Origin: a virus
IMG/VR virus record: IMGVR_UViG_3300045988_164636
Location: 1 to 64,000 of that record
DNA: 64,000 nucleotides
Reading direction: 5' to 3' (one strand)
Position 1 is the stretch's first letter. The number at the start of each line of letters is the position of its first letter. Shown here piece by piece: positions 50,037 to 60,616 of the stretch. A program made the translations under genes and the position numbers. The notes under the pieces are model-generated. The model was not told the DNA's origin. It did not search any database and worked only from the letters and a program-made list of their open reading frames with translations.

Positions 50037-50792
50037 ATGTCAATCTATATAACAGGAGATACTCATGGAGATTTCCGCAGATTTTCTGCGGATAATTTCC
50101 CTGAAGGTAAAACACTTACAAAAAAAGATTATGTTATTATATGCGGTGATTTTGGTGGAATATGGGATGTCAAAGAATCTTCTCCGCAAGAAAAATATTG
50201 GTTAGACTGGTTAAATGGAAAACCTTGGACTACATTGTTTGTTGATGGAAATCATGAGAATTTTGATAGACTAAACTCTTTACCTGTTGAATATTGGCAT
50301 GAAGGTTACGTTCATATTGTAAGACCAAGTATTTTACATCTTATGCGTGGTGAAAGATTTATTATTGATAATTGTCGTATACTTGCTTATGGCGGAGCAC
50401 CTAGCCATGATGTATATGATGGTATTCTTGATAGAGAAAATTATCAAACTGATGCAATATTCAAATTCAATGTTAAACGGTATCAAAAGCAACATAAAGC
50501 TTTTCGTATTAATCATATTTCTTGGTGGAAAGAAGAAGTTCCTAGCATACAAGAGTATGAGTATGCTTTAGATAATTTATGCTATCGGAGGACTAATAAT
50601 TTTTTAATTACACATGAAGCTCCCGCCCCAATTTTATCTACTTTTGGCTACCCTTATAATCAGACTTCTTTCGAAATATTTGACTTTTTGCAATATGGTT
50701 ATTTTGATAAACATTATTTTGGACATCATCATATTAATCAAGATTTTGGCAAAAGTGAATGTATATATAATATAATAAAGAAAATATGGTAA
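50037..50792 (+). CDS. calcineurin-like metallophosphoesterase
   Basis: GDTHGD, GDFGG, GNHEN motifs in order. Confidence 0.75.
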   Translation: MSIYITGDTHGDFRRFSADNFPEGKTLTKKDYVIICGDFGGIWDVKESSPQEKYWLDWLNGKPWTTLFVDGNHENFDRLNSLPVEYWHEGYVHIVRPSILHLMRGERFIIDNCRILAYGGAPSHDVYDGILDRENYQTDAIFKFNVKRYQKQHKAFRINHISWWKEEVPSIQEYEYALDNLCYRRTNNFLITHEAPAPILSTFGYPYNQTSFEIFDFLQYGYFDKHYFGHHHINQDFGKSECIYNIIKKIW

Positions 50793-50874
50793 AGTGGAGG
50801 TTTTTCTTCCACTTTATTTTTTAAAGAATTTTTGTTAAAATATTATTAGATTAAAAAGAAAGAGTTGATGAAAT

Positions 50875-51204
50875 ATGATAAGTAGATTTTTTTGTTGTGA
50901 ATGTGGTCAGGAAGGAATACCAATCTTCCGCAAACCAAGCTGTAAAAGAGAAAGAGGTCATTTAAAAAATTTATTTTGTGTACATTGTGGACGAGAAACT
51001 AATCATGTCGAGATAAAAGAAAATGACTTTGAATATACCTATGAAGATTTTGAAAAAGAATTTAAATTAGGTAGATTTATTAATGGAAAACGCATTCCAG
51101 TTAATGAATTGCAATACTGTAGCAATATTAATTGTAGTAGATATGTAAATGGCAAATGTTGGGATGCCGCAAATATTTCAAACTGTAAATATAAGGAGGG
51201 ATAA
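50875..51204 (+). CDS. zinc-ribbon protein
   Basis: CCECG ... CVHCG plus C-terminal Cys cluster. Confidence 0.55.
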   Translation: MISRFFCCECGQEGIPIFRKPSCKRERGHLKNLFCVHCGRETNHVEIKENDFEYTYEDFEKEFKLGRFINGKRIPVNELQYCSNINCSRYVNGKCWDAANISNCKYKEG

Positions 51205-51205
51205 A

Positions 51206-51760
51206 ATGTCTATCTTAATAACATCAGATCTTCACTTGAATCATGATAAAGATTTTATTTATGGCTCAAGAGGATATTCTACTGTAAAAGAAATGAATGA
51301 AGATATAGTAACGAAGTGGAACATGACTATTGATAATAAAGATACAATTTATGTTCTCGGTGACATTATGATGGGTAAGGACATAGAAACTGCCGCACAC
51401 TATTGGAATAAATTAAAGGGCGATAAAAAAATAATCTTAGGTAATCATGATTCTAAGAAAAAAATTGAATTGTATCAAACCTGCCCTAACACAGAAGTAA
51501 TTGGATATGGCGGAATTATTAAATATAAAGGGTATAGATTTTATTTATCTCATTATCCTGCTCTTTGCGGAAATGCAGATGATAGAGATTTAAAATCTTG
51601 TACAATTAATTTATGTGGACATAAACATACTAAAAATGCTTTTGAAGATTGGAATTTAGGAAAAATTTATCATATTGAATTAGATACTAATTTTATGTAT
51701 CCTTGTGACTTGGACTTAATTTTATTTAATATAAAGGAGAAAATGAGAAATGACTTTTAA
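51206..51760 (+). CDS. metallophosphoesterase (second copy, different family member)
   Basis: Start at MSILITSDLHLNHD after AAGGAGGGA; GDIMMG, GNHD, GHKH. Confidence 0.7.
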   Translation: MSILITSDLHLNHDKDFIYGSRGYSTVKEMNEDIVTKWNMTIDNKDTIYVLGDIMMGKDIETAAHYWNKLKGDKKIILGNHDSKKKIELYQTCPNTEVIGYGGIIKYKGYRFYLSHYPALCGNADDRDLKSCTINLCGHKHTKNAFEDWNLGKIYHIELDTNFMYPCDLDLILFNIKEKMRNDF

Positions 51761-52241
51761 ATTATATGCAGAATATTATAATGAAGAAATGGGTATGACT
51801 TTAGTTTTTAAAACAGATCGAGGATTCTTTACGGGTCATGCCAAACTTCACGAAGGAGAAGAAAGAGTTAGTAAGTTCATTGCAGGTGAGATTGCCGAAA
51901 TGAAGGCAAGACGAGATTATTACAATGATAAAAGGAAAGAATATAATGTTCAGAAGAAAACATATGAATATCTTATTAATGCTATTGAAAGTAAATCAAC
52001 TTTTTATCCTGATGATGTTGAATATAAGACTATTTTAAAAAACTATTATAATCTTTTATCTTTAATATGTACGAATGATAAAGAGATACAAAGATTAACT
52101 AGATGTATTAAAAATAGAGCTTCTGATGAAGAATATGCTATTAATTTAAATGAATTCTTAGAAAAACAGAAAACAAAAAGAGCAAAATCAAAGAAAGAAT
52201 TTGAAGAACTTTTAAAGAAGCAGAATAAACTTAAGGAGTGA
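51750..52241 (+). CDS. hypothetical protein
   Basis: 163-aa ORF, RBS AAGGAGAAAA. Confidence 0.5.
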   Translation: MTFKLYAEYYNEEMGMTLVFKTDRGFFTGHAKLHEGEERVSKFIAGEIAEMKARRDYYNDKRKEYNVQKKTYEYLINAIESKSTFYPDDVEYKTILKNYYNLLSLICTNDKEIQRLTRCIKNRASDEEYAINLNEFLEKQKTKRAKSKKEFEELLKKQNKLKE

Positions 52242-52489
52242 ATAGATTGGGACAAGAAAATACTCCAACAGTAACAGGTAGAATTGTTAATGAAACAAAT
52301 GATACTAAAGGAACCGGTATAGTAGCAAAATTCGTTGTTATTGAAAATGCAGAGTGGTCTGAAAATATGAAATGTGTAGAAGATGAATGCGGAGATTTTT
52401 ATTTTGGATATAGATGTTCAAATTGTAAGGCTATTATGAATAGAACAAAATTTTGCGGCAATTGCGGAGCAAGAATGATTAATTATTAA
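52238..52489 (+). CDS. protein with C-terminal zinc ribbon
   Basis: CSNC-x9-CGNCG; GTG start after AAGGAG. Confidence 0.5.
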   Translation: MNRLGQENTPTVTGRIVNETNDTKGTGIVAKFVVIENAEWSENMKCVEDECGDFYFGYRCSNCKAIMNRTKFCGNCGARMINY

Positions 52490-52565
52490 ATGGGTAATTT
52501 TAATTTATTTCTTTAAGATTACTTTTATATATAATTGTGAAATAAATTAAAAAAGGAGCTTTCCT

Positions 52566-53753
52566 ATGAAAAAATTTTATGATACCTGTAGTCTTTTAGA
52601 TCTACAGGAAAAGGCTTTTGAGGAAGATTTTTATATTAGTATTATTACTTTAAGAGAATTAGAAAATATAAAAACCTCTGCAAATAAAGATGCGGAAACC
52701 AAATACAAAGCCAGAAAATTGTCTAAACTTTTACAAAAATATGCAGATAAATATGAAGTAATTTTAGACCAAACTAATGATATAATTACCGCAGATGATA
52801 GAATAATATCTGCCGCACAGTCAGTGGAATGTCAATTTGTAACCAAAGATATGTGTTGTTGGAATTTAGCAAAAGCCAAACATTTAAATATGGATTTTAT
52901 AATTGATAACACTATTGATGGTTATACTGGTTTCAAAGAAATATTTGTTCCAACAGAAGAAAATTTAGCTTATTTTTATGAGCATATGAATGAAAACATT
53001 TTTGATTTATTACGGAATGAATATTTAATCATAAAAACTGCGGAAGATGGTAAGATTGGTCCATATATTTGGACAGGAACAGAATATCAAGAAATTGGGT
53101 ATCCTAATTTTTGTTCAGAACAGTTTGGAAAAATAAAACCAAAAGATGAATATCAACTTGCTGCGATGGATTGTCTTAGCCGCAATCAAATAAGTATGGT
53201 AAGAGGCGGCGCCGGAACAGGCAAATCATTTCTATCTTTAGCTTATTTATTTCATCTTTTAGAGGAAGGTCAAATAGATAAAATCATTGTCTTTTGTAAT
53301 ACTATAGCTACAATTGGATCCGCTAAGCTTGGATATTACCCCGGAAGCAAGGATGAGAAGCTTTTAGACTCTCAAATTGGTAATATCTTGACCAGTAAAT
53401 TAGGTGATAGTTTTGCTGTTGAACAAATGATTGAATCTGGAAAATTACTTTTATTACCATTTTCTGATTTAAGAGGTTTTGATACAACAGGTATGAGAGC
53501 AGGAGTTTATATAACAGAAGCTCAGAATCTTGATATTAATCTTATGAAGCTGGCATTACAAAGAATTGGTGATGATTGTATTTGTATTTTAGATGGTGAT
53601 TCAGATACTCAGGTTGATGATTCTAATTATGCAGGTATTAATAATGGTATGAGAAGAACTTCTGAAATTTTCAGAGGTCATGATATATATGGAGAAGTTA
53701 CACTTCAAAGAGTTTATCGAAGCAAAATTGCGGAAATAGCTGAGCAAATGTAG
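52566..53753 (+). CDS. phoH: PIN-domain + PhoH-like ATPase
   Basis: N-terminal PIN-like domain; Walker A GGAGTGKS; PhoH C-terminal pattern. Confidence 0.8.
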   Translation: MKKFYDTCSLLDLQEKAFEEDFYISIITLRELENIKTSANKDAETKYKARKLSKLLQKYADKYEVILDQTNDIITADDRIISAAQSVECQFVTKDMCCWNLAKAKHLNMDFIIDNTIDGYTGFKEIFVPTEENLAYFYEHMNENIFDLLRNEYLIIKTAEDGKIGPYIWTGTEYQEIGYPNFCSEQFGKIKPKDEYQLAAMDCLSRNQISMVRGGAGTGKSFLSLAYLFHLLEEGQIDKIIVFCNTIATIGSAKLGYYPGSKDEKLLDSQIGNILTSKLGDSFAVEQMIESGKLLLLPFSDLRGFDTTGMRAGVYITEAQNLDINLMKLALQRIGDDCICILDGDSDTQVDDSNYAGINNGMRRTSEIFRGHDIYGEVTLQRVYRSKIAEIAEQM

Positions 53754-53764
53754 GAAAGGAAAAA

Positions 53765-54241
53765 ATGTTAAAACCAGCAATTTTATATAAAAAAGAAATT
53801 GAACAGAATATCTTAAATTTAGCTTATAGTGATGAAATGTTTCTATTTACTGGAACTTTAAAATATATTATCCCCGATTTTGAAGATAATAATGGATCTT
53901 TATATCAATATGCAATTCTTGATAAAGATAAAATTATAGGATATTTTACTTATTATATTGACTGGTATATTTCAAGTGTTAGTAATTTTGGACTAATTGC
54001 TTTTGAAAAAGATAACTCGAATATAGGTATAAATATTTATAGAGAAATCAAGAGGATAATTAATGAATATCATATTCATCGGATAGAATGGCGTATGGTA
54101 GGAAATAATCCAGTTGAAAAACATTATAATAAATTTTGTAAAAAATACAATGGAAATAAATATATTTTGAAAGATGCGTTAAGAGATAAACAAGGGCTTT
54201 ATCATGATGATGTAATTTATGAAATAGTTTTTAATAATTAA
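53765..54241 (+). CDS. GNAT-like acetyltransferase
   Basis: 158 aa; ...IGINIYREIKRIINEYHIHRIEWRMVGNNPVEKHYNKF... fits the GNAT core pattern. Confidence 0.45.
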   Translation: MLKPAILYKKEIEQNILNLAYSDEMFLFTGTLKYIIPDFEDNNGSLYQYAILDKDKIIGYFTYYIDWYISSVSNFGLIAFEKDNSNIGINIYREIKRIINEYHIHRIEWRMVGNNPVEKHYNKFCKKYNGNKYILKDALRDKQGLYHDDVIYEIVFNN

Positions 54242-54311
54242 AGGGAGAATTAAATTCTCCCTTTATTTTTTTTGAATTTTATTATATAATAAAATAAAAA
54301 AGGAGAAAAAT

Positions 54312-54776
54312 ATGATAGAAATTTATACAGATGGTAGTTCAGCAAAAATTGGAAGTGGCTATGGCACAATAGTTATGTTAGATAGTCCTTATATTATATC
54401 AGAATATTTTGAAGAGGGAACTAATAATCAGATGGAACTAAAGGCAATAATTGCCGCACTAGAGTTTGCAAAAGAACATAAAGAAGATAAATTTATTATC
54501 TATTCGGATTCAGCTTATTGCGTAAATATGTGTAATGACTGGATTTTTAATTGGGCTGCGGCAGGCTGGAGGAGAGGAAAAAATAAGGAAATTTTAAATT
54601 TAGATTTAGTAAAAAAAATATATTCTTTATTAGATACCACTTTTAACCGTAATTATACTATTGAAAAGGTTGATGGACATAGCGGTAATATTGGTAATGA
54701 GATAGCTGATGCTGTTGCTACAAGAAATAAAGTAAAATTGAACAAATTTTTAGAAAAGTATGAGAGAGAAGTTTGA
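54312..54776 (+). CDS. rnhA: ribonuclease HI
   Basis: IYTDGS, ELKAII, YSDSAY, GHSGNIGNEIAD catalytic pattern. Confidence 0.85.
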   Translation: MIEIYTDGSSAKIGSGYGTIVMLDSPYIISEYFEEGTNNQMELKAIIAALEFAKEHKEDKFIIYSDSAYCVNMCNDWIFNWAAAGWRRGKNKEILNLDLVKKIYSLLDTTFNRNYTIEKVDGHSGNIGNEIADAVATRNKVKLNKFLEKYEREV

Positions 54777-54830
54777 AATTTATAAAAAAATTTGCTATAA
54801 TAATAAAAGATAAAAAGAAAGGAGAAAAAG

Positions 54831-56342
54831 ATGAAAAATAATATTAATTATTCTGCTGATTCAGTCCAGACGTTGATTGGACTGGAGCCTTTTAGAAAAT
54901 CTCCCGGTATGTATATTGGTGATACTGGAGAATATGGACTTCATCATATAGTTAAAGAGATTATTAATAATTCGGTAGATGAAGCTTTAAATGCCAATTG
55001 TACACATATTAATATAACATTGTTAAAAGATGGCGGAGTTCAGATTGAAGATGATGGACGAGGTTTCCCGCATGGAATGTTAGACGATACATTTTCTATT
55101 TTAGGAGGATGTTTCGGAAAGGAACATACCGGAGGAAAGTTTAACAATAATGGTGAATCAGGATATAATACTTCTGGTGGTATGCATGGTATAGGATGTA
55201 AATGTGCTGCAGCTCTTGGTATTAAAACTATAGCTATTTCGCATAGAGATGGTATTGAAGAAATAGTTGAATTTTCAAGAGGTAAAATGATTAAGCAGAT
55301 AACTGATAATAAATGTGATTCTAATTTGCATGGAACTTTAGTTATTTGGTATCCAGATCCAGAAATATTTAAGACAACAATTACATTCAATAGAGAAAAG
55401 ATTGAAAAAGAATTCTGTCAAGAATACAGTTTTTTAAATAGCGGATTATATTTTACCATTAAAGATGAGAGAACAAATTATTATAAAGAATATTATTCAA
55501 AAAATGGTATTGAAGATTACTTAAATTATTTAAATAAAGATAAGACTTATATTTTACATCCAGTGTGTTTTTCTGCGGAAGAAGGAAATTATAGTATTGA
55601 ACTTGGAATTGCTTATAATACGGAATATTCTAATTCAATAAGATTATATACTAATAGTATCCCTCAAACAAAAGGAACTCACTTAACTGGATTTAAAACA
55701 GCTTGGACTTCCGCAATTAATAAGTTTGCAAAAGAAAATAAATGGTTAAAAGCAAATGATAGTAATTTATCTGGTGATGATTTATTAGAAGGTCAGCTTT
55801 TGATAATAAACTTTAAAATGGTTGACCCTATTTTTGAAGGACAGACAAAAGAAAATTTAACCTCGGCGGAAGGTAGAACTTATACTCAGAAATTGATTTC
55901 TTCTTCTTTTGAAGAAATATTCAATAGCCGCAAAAACGAAATTAAAACAGTAGTTGATAAGGCAACAAGTGCAAGAAAAGCAAGAGATGCCGCAAAAAAG
56001 GCAAGAGAAAGAATAAGAGAAGGAAATAAAAAAGGATTAAAGGCAAAAATGGCAATCAGTAAAAAATTTGTTGATTGCATATCTAAAAATCCTGCGGAAA
56101 GAAATCTTCTCTTGGTTGAAGGAAATAGTGCGGCAAGTAGTGCAATTGAAGCAAGAAACGCAAAGACTGATTGTATTTATATGTTAAGAGGTAAAGTTGT
56201 AAGTCCGCTAAAAACTCCAATTGATAAACTTTTAGCTAATCAAGAAATTTCAGATATAGTTAAGGTAATTGGAGCTGGATTTGGTAACGACTTCGATGTG
56301 AATAAGATGAACTTTGATAAAATCGTTATAACCTCGGATGCT
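54831..56342 (+). CDS. gyrB: type II topoisomerase B subunit (GyrB/ParE-like), exon 1
   Basis: GLHHIVKEIINNSVDEA ATPase motif; Toprim EGNSAASSA; ends ...KIVITSDA just before the DxD motif. Confidence 0.85.
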
Positions 56343-57394
56343 AAGAGAATGAAATTGGCTGTGTAATACCTTTCAAGTTTACCACTTGGGTAACTTTATA
56401 TAAACCATCTTAGTCATTTTTGAATGAGATATAGATGGAATTAATATAAAGTTGCTAACGGGGAAACCTGACCAGATAGTGCTGAAGGTAATCCCGTGGC
56501 AAACATTATTTAATTCCTTATTATTATTAAAAGGAGAAAACATATAATGATAGGAATTTATAAAATCACTAACAAAAATACAGGTAAAGTTTATATCGGG
56601 CAATCTGATAATATTGAAAGAAGATTAAACGAACACAAACAAAAAAGAACTCAAACAATAGATAATTATATCAATGTTTTGGGTGTAGAAAATTTTGATT
56701 TTGAAATTTTGGAAGAATGTAAGAAAGAAGATTTAGATTTAAAAGAAAAGGAATATATTAAAAAATATAATTCTCAAATTAAAGGATATAATATTCAACA
56801 AGGTGGGTATAATAATTCTCAAGGTGAAGGTAATGGAAGAGCTCTTTTAACGGAGGCAGATGTTATCTTTATCAGAACAGCTTATCAAAATCATGAATCG
56901 CCAAAAGAAATTTTTGAAAAATATTTTTCAGACAAAATAACAAAAAATAATTTTCAAAGTGTTTGGCAAGGAAGAACTTGGATAAATATTATGCCAGAAG
57001 TTTATACTGAAGAAAATAAGAAATATTATATTTCTGGACAACAAAAAGCAAAATCTTCTCTTTCAAAAGAAGAAGTTCTCTTATATAGACAATATTATGT
57101 TGATCATACAAGAGAAGAAGTTTATCAAAAGATGTTATCTGATAAAGGCGATATTTTAAAAAAAGCTACTTTTTTTAAAATATTAATAGGTGATGTCAGA
57201 GATAATAGTATTTATAAAGAAATTCCAATTTATAAAAAATCAAAAAAGTGTTGGGAATTAAATAATGAGGCTGTATCGACTATCCCCGAATCGGGGGAGT
57301 AGAGCTATTATTGGTACATAGTTCGAAATGGTATCCTTAGTTTTATAGACTAAGTAAGAGATAGTCAGGGCTTATAGAAATATAAGAATAACCG
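56343..57394 (+). mobile_element. group I intron carrying a GIY-YIG homing endonuclease
   Basis: Follows exon T 56342 and ends in G 57394; P4-like ACGGGGAAACC / AATCCCGTGG; AAGAGATAGTCAGGG S-like element; joining the exons restores ITSDA-DSDG-LDIELLLVTFFFTYMRPL. Confidence 0.8.
56547..57302 (+). CDS. GIY-YIG homing endonuclease (intron-encoded)
   Basis: GIYKITNKNTGKVYIGQSDNIERRLNEH. Confidence 0.85.
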   Translation: MIGIYKITNKNTGKVYIGQSDNIERRLNEHKQKRTQTIDNYINVLGVENFDFEILEECKKEDLDLKEKEYIKKYNSQIKGYNIQQGGYNNSQGEGNGRALLTEADVIFIRTAYQNHESPKEIFEKYFSDKITKNNFQSVWQGRTWINIMPEVYTEENKKYYISGQQKAKSSLSKEEVLLYRQYYVDHTREEVYQKMLSDKGDILKKATFFKILIGDVRDNSIYKEIPIYKKSKKCWELNNEAVSTIPESGE

Positions 57395-57793
57395 GATTCA
57401 GATGGGCTAGATATTGAACTTCTTCTAGTTACATTCTTCTTTACCTACATGAGACCACTTGTAGAAGCTGGTAAATTATATAGAGCGGTAACCCCTCTTT
57501 ATATAATCAAAAATGGTAAAGAAAAAGTATATATATATTCAGAAGATGAGTTTACAGATTGGAAGACCAGACATGGTAACCCTACCGAGATATTACGAGC
57601 GAAGGGTCTAGGAGAGTTAGACGCAACCGTACTTCACGAGGTATGTTTCGAGAACCAAAGATTTAGGCGAATTACGATTTCAGATGTAGACCAAGCGGCC
57701 GCACTTCTTGATACATTACAGGGTAAAGCAGTTGAACCTCGTAAAAAGTATATTTATGAAAATGCGGAACATTTAGGATTTAATTTTGATTAA
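57395..57793 (+). CDS. gyrB: type II topoisomerase B subunit, exon 2
   Basis: In-frame DSDGLDIELLLVTFFFTYMRPLVEAGKLYRAVTPLY..., the GyrB C-terminal Toprim/tail pattern. Confidence 0.8.
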   Translation, partial: DSDGLDIELLLVTFFFTYMRPLVEAGKLYRAVTPLYIIKNGKEKVYIYSEDEFTDWKTRHGNPTEILRAKGLGELDATVLHEVCFENQRFRRITISDVDQAAALLDTLQGKAVEPRKKYIYENAEHLGFNFD

Positions 57794-57806
57794 TGGAGGC
57801 GTATAA

Positions 57807-60176
57807 ATGAGTTTAATTACAGAAAATGATATATTAAATGAAGCAAAAGATTGTTTCTTAGGATACGCTTCAGAAGTTTTAACAGATAGAGCAATTCCTG
57901 CGGCGGAAGATGGATTACTTTCCGCACAAAGGAAAATTATATGGACTCTTGAAGATTATCTTAAAATGAATAGTAAGAGTAAGACAAAGAAGTGTCAAGC
58001 TATTGTTGGGTCAACTCTAGCTACATCATATTATCACGGTGATGCCGCTTGTTATGGAGTTTTATGCAAAATGTCTCAACCTTACCTTATGAGGTACCCC
58101 CTCATTGATGGACAAGGTTCATTAGGTACACAGGAGGATAATGACCTCGTTGCTTCTTCAAGATATACGGAGGCTAGACCCTCTAAATATTCTGACCTAA
58201 TGATGAAAGATTTTAAGAAAAAAGTTGTTCCATTAAAAGAAACATATAATGGAGAATTTATGGAGCCTGTAGTTCTTCCATCTTTATTTCCTAATGCTAT
58301 ATGTAATGGTAGACAGGCTATCGGCATCTCAATGTCTCATACATCGGCTCCACACAATCTCGGAGAAGTATGCGATGCTATCATAACTTATCTTAAACAA
58401 AATAAGTCTATAACTTTAGATGAACTGTTAGATATAATGCCCGGACCAGATTTCCCACTTCCTAATACTATTATAAATAAGAAGGACATTCGTACAGCTT
58501 ATGCAACAGGGCATTCCGCAGTTTCTCTTAAAATAAGAGGTCATTATGAAATTAAAGGTCAGAATTTAATTTTTACAACTATTCCATATAGAACTTATAG
58601 AAATAAGATAAAAGAACAAATTGAAAAGAATGTTGATGAATTAGATAAATATATTGATGATTTTGATGATGAATCTGCTCTTGGAGAAAATAAATTAGTA
58701 TTTAGATGTAAGAAGAATGTTGACCCAGAAGCAGTTGCACAAAAATTATTTGCATTAACAGATTTACAAACAACTTTATCTTACAATATGAACTTTATTG
58801 TAGATGGAACACCTAAAATGTGTTCAATGATAGATTTAATTAAATCTTATGTAAAGCATCAAGAAAATATTATAATTAAGATTGCGGAAGATGATAAAAG
58901 TAAAGCAGAATTAAAAAAGCATACTACAGAAGGGCTTATTATAATTTTAAATGATATTGACAATGCTATTCAGATAATAAAAAATTCAGAAAATAGGAAC
59001 ACCGCAAAAATTTCTTTAATGAATCATTATAAATTAACAGATGTTCAGGCGGATGCTGTTCTTGATATGAAGTTAGTAAAACTTACTAAATTAGATAAAG
59101 ATGAATTATTAAATTTATTAAAAGAATTAGAAGTTATAATTGCGGAATGTAATAAACTTATTTCTGATGAAGAATACAGAGCAAATCATTTAATTGAAAA
59201 AGTGCGGGAAATGAAAAGTAAATATGCAGACCCCCGCAGAACTATACTTACACAAATTGATGTATCAAAAGAAGAAAAAGAAGTTGCAGAAATTATACCT
59301 GAAGATTGTGTAGTTATTATTACAAGAAATGGTATGATAAAGAGGATTCCTTCACAATCATTTAAAGTACAAAAGAAAAATGGTAAGGGAGTAAAAAATG
59401 CGGAAGATACTTTATTAACTACTATATCAACTAATACTATTGATACTTTAATGCTTTTTACTGATAAAGGAAAGATGTATAGAGTTTCAATTAATGAGAT
59501 CCCAGAAGGAACAAACACTGGAAAAGGTAGTTTAATTAGTTCTATTGTATCAACAGAACAAGATGAAAAGGTTATTGCCGCAACATCCTTATACCATAAA
59601 AGTAAAGCTAAGTATGTTATCTTTATAACAAAAAATGGTATGATAAAGAAAACCGCCTTAAGTGAATATGAAGGTGGAAAAAAGAAAACTGGTATAGTGG
59701 CAATTAAATTTAAAGATAATGATACTCTTGCTAATGTTACTTTTGCGGAAGAAGAAGATTTTATTGTTATTACTAAAAATGGCATGGGCATAAGAATAGA
59801 AAGTAAGAGTATTTCTCCAATAGGTAGAGTATCTATGGGAGTGAAGGCAATTAAGCTCAATGATAATGATGAAGTTTTATGCGGACTTCCTATTCATAAA
59901 AATAGTGATAAATTAGCTCTTTTTACTATTGACGGATTAGGCAAAAAAATAGCCTTAAATGAACTTTATACACAAGGTAGAGGCGGAAAAGGTATCATCC
60001 TTTCGAAGGAACATCTTGCTGGAGCATTATTAATTGATAATAAAGATATTATATTAATTAATGGTAAGCCTAATTTAATATGTATAGCGGCAGAAGATAT
60101 ACCTGAATGTTCACGAATTGCCGCAGGCAATAAGATTATTAAAGGTAGTATAATTGAGTCTGTTGTTAAATTATAA
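57807..60176 (+). CDS. gyrA: type II topoisomerase A subunit (GyrA/ParC-like)
   Basis: AIPAAEDGLLSAQRKIIW; active site SSRYTEAR; beta-pinwheel C-terminal repeats; QGRGGKG GyrA-box-like motif. Confidence 0.85.
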   Translation: MSLITENDILNEAKDCFLGYASEVLTDRAIPAAEDGLLSAQRKIIWTLEDYLKMNSKSKTKKCQAIVGSTLATSYYHGDAACYGVLCKMSQPYLMRYPLIDGQGSLGTQEDNDLVASSRYTEARPSKYSDLMMKDFKKKVVPLKETYNGEFMEPVVLPSLFPNAICNGRQAIGISMSHTSAPHNLGEVCDAIITYLKQNKSITLDELLDIMPGPDFPLPNTIINKKDIRTAYATGHSAVSLKIRGHYEIKGQNLIFTTIPYRTYRNKIKEQIEKNVDELDKYIDDFDDESALGENKLVFRCKKNVDPEAVAQKLFALTDLQTTLSYNMNFIVDGTPKMCSMIDLIKSYVKHQENIIIKIAEDDKSKAELKKHTTEGLIIILNDIDNAIQIIKNSENRNTAKISLMNHYKLTDVQADAVLDMKLVKLTKLDKDELLNLLKELEVIIAECNKLISDEEYRANHLIEKVREMKSKYADPRRTILTQIDVSKEEKEVAEIIPEDCVVIITRNGMIKRIPSQSFKVQKKNGKGVKNAEDTLLTTISTNTIDTLMLFTDKGKMYRVSINEIPEGTNTGKGSLISSIVSTEQDEKVIAATSLYHKSKAKYVIFITKNGMIKKTALSEYEGGKKKTGIVAIKFKDNDTLANVTFAEEEDFIVITKNGMGIRIESKSISPIGRVSMGVKAIKLNDNDEVLCGLPIHKNSDKLALFTIDGLGKKIALNELYTQGRGGKGIILSKEHLAGALLIDNKDIILINGKPNLICIAAEDIPECSRIAAGNKIIKGSIIESVVKL

Positions 60177-60259
60177 GAGATAAAGGAGAGTTGATCTCTT
60201 CTTTATTTTTATATAAATTTTTGTTATAATATAATTACAGTAAAAAAGGAGAAATAAAT

Positions 60260-60616
60260 ATGAGAATTGATTTTAAATATAATGTGAGAAAGATAAAATG
60301 GTTTTTTCAGAAATATAAAAGAGGATATTCTGATAGAGATTTATGGAATTTAGATAACTGGATATTAGATATGCTTGAAAAAGTAATAAATGATTTTAAA
60401 ATTCAAAATAATCATAGTTATCCCGCCACTTTTGATTCAATGGACGATTGGACGGCTGAATTAGAATACGCTCATTCACTGTTGAAACATCTCAATGAAA
60501 TTAAGGAAAATGATAGTGGATATTCTTCTTATGAAGAATATTATGAAGATTTAAATTATACAAAAGATAAGCTCTTTGATTGGCTAAAAGAATATTTGTT
60601 TAATTTATGGGACTAA
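60260..60616 (+). CDS. hypothetical protein
   Basis: 118-aa ORF behind class II promoter (-10 at 60225-60230). Confidence 0.5.
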   Translation: MRIDFKYNVRKIKWFFQKYKRGYSDRDLWNLDNWILDMLEKVINDFKIQNNHSYPATFDSMDDWTAELEYAHSLLKHLNEIKENDSGYSSYEEYYEDLNYTKDKLFDWLKEYLFNLWD

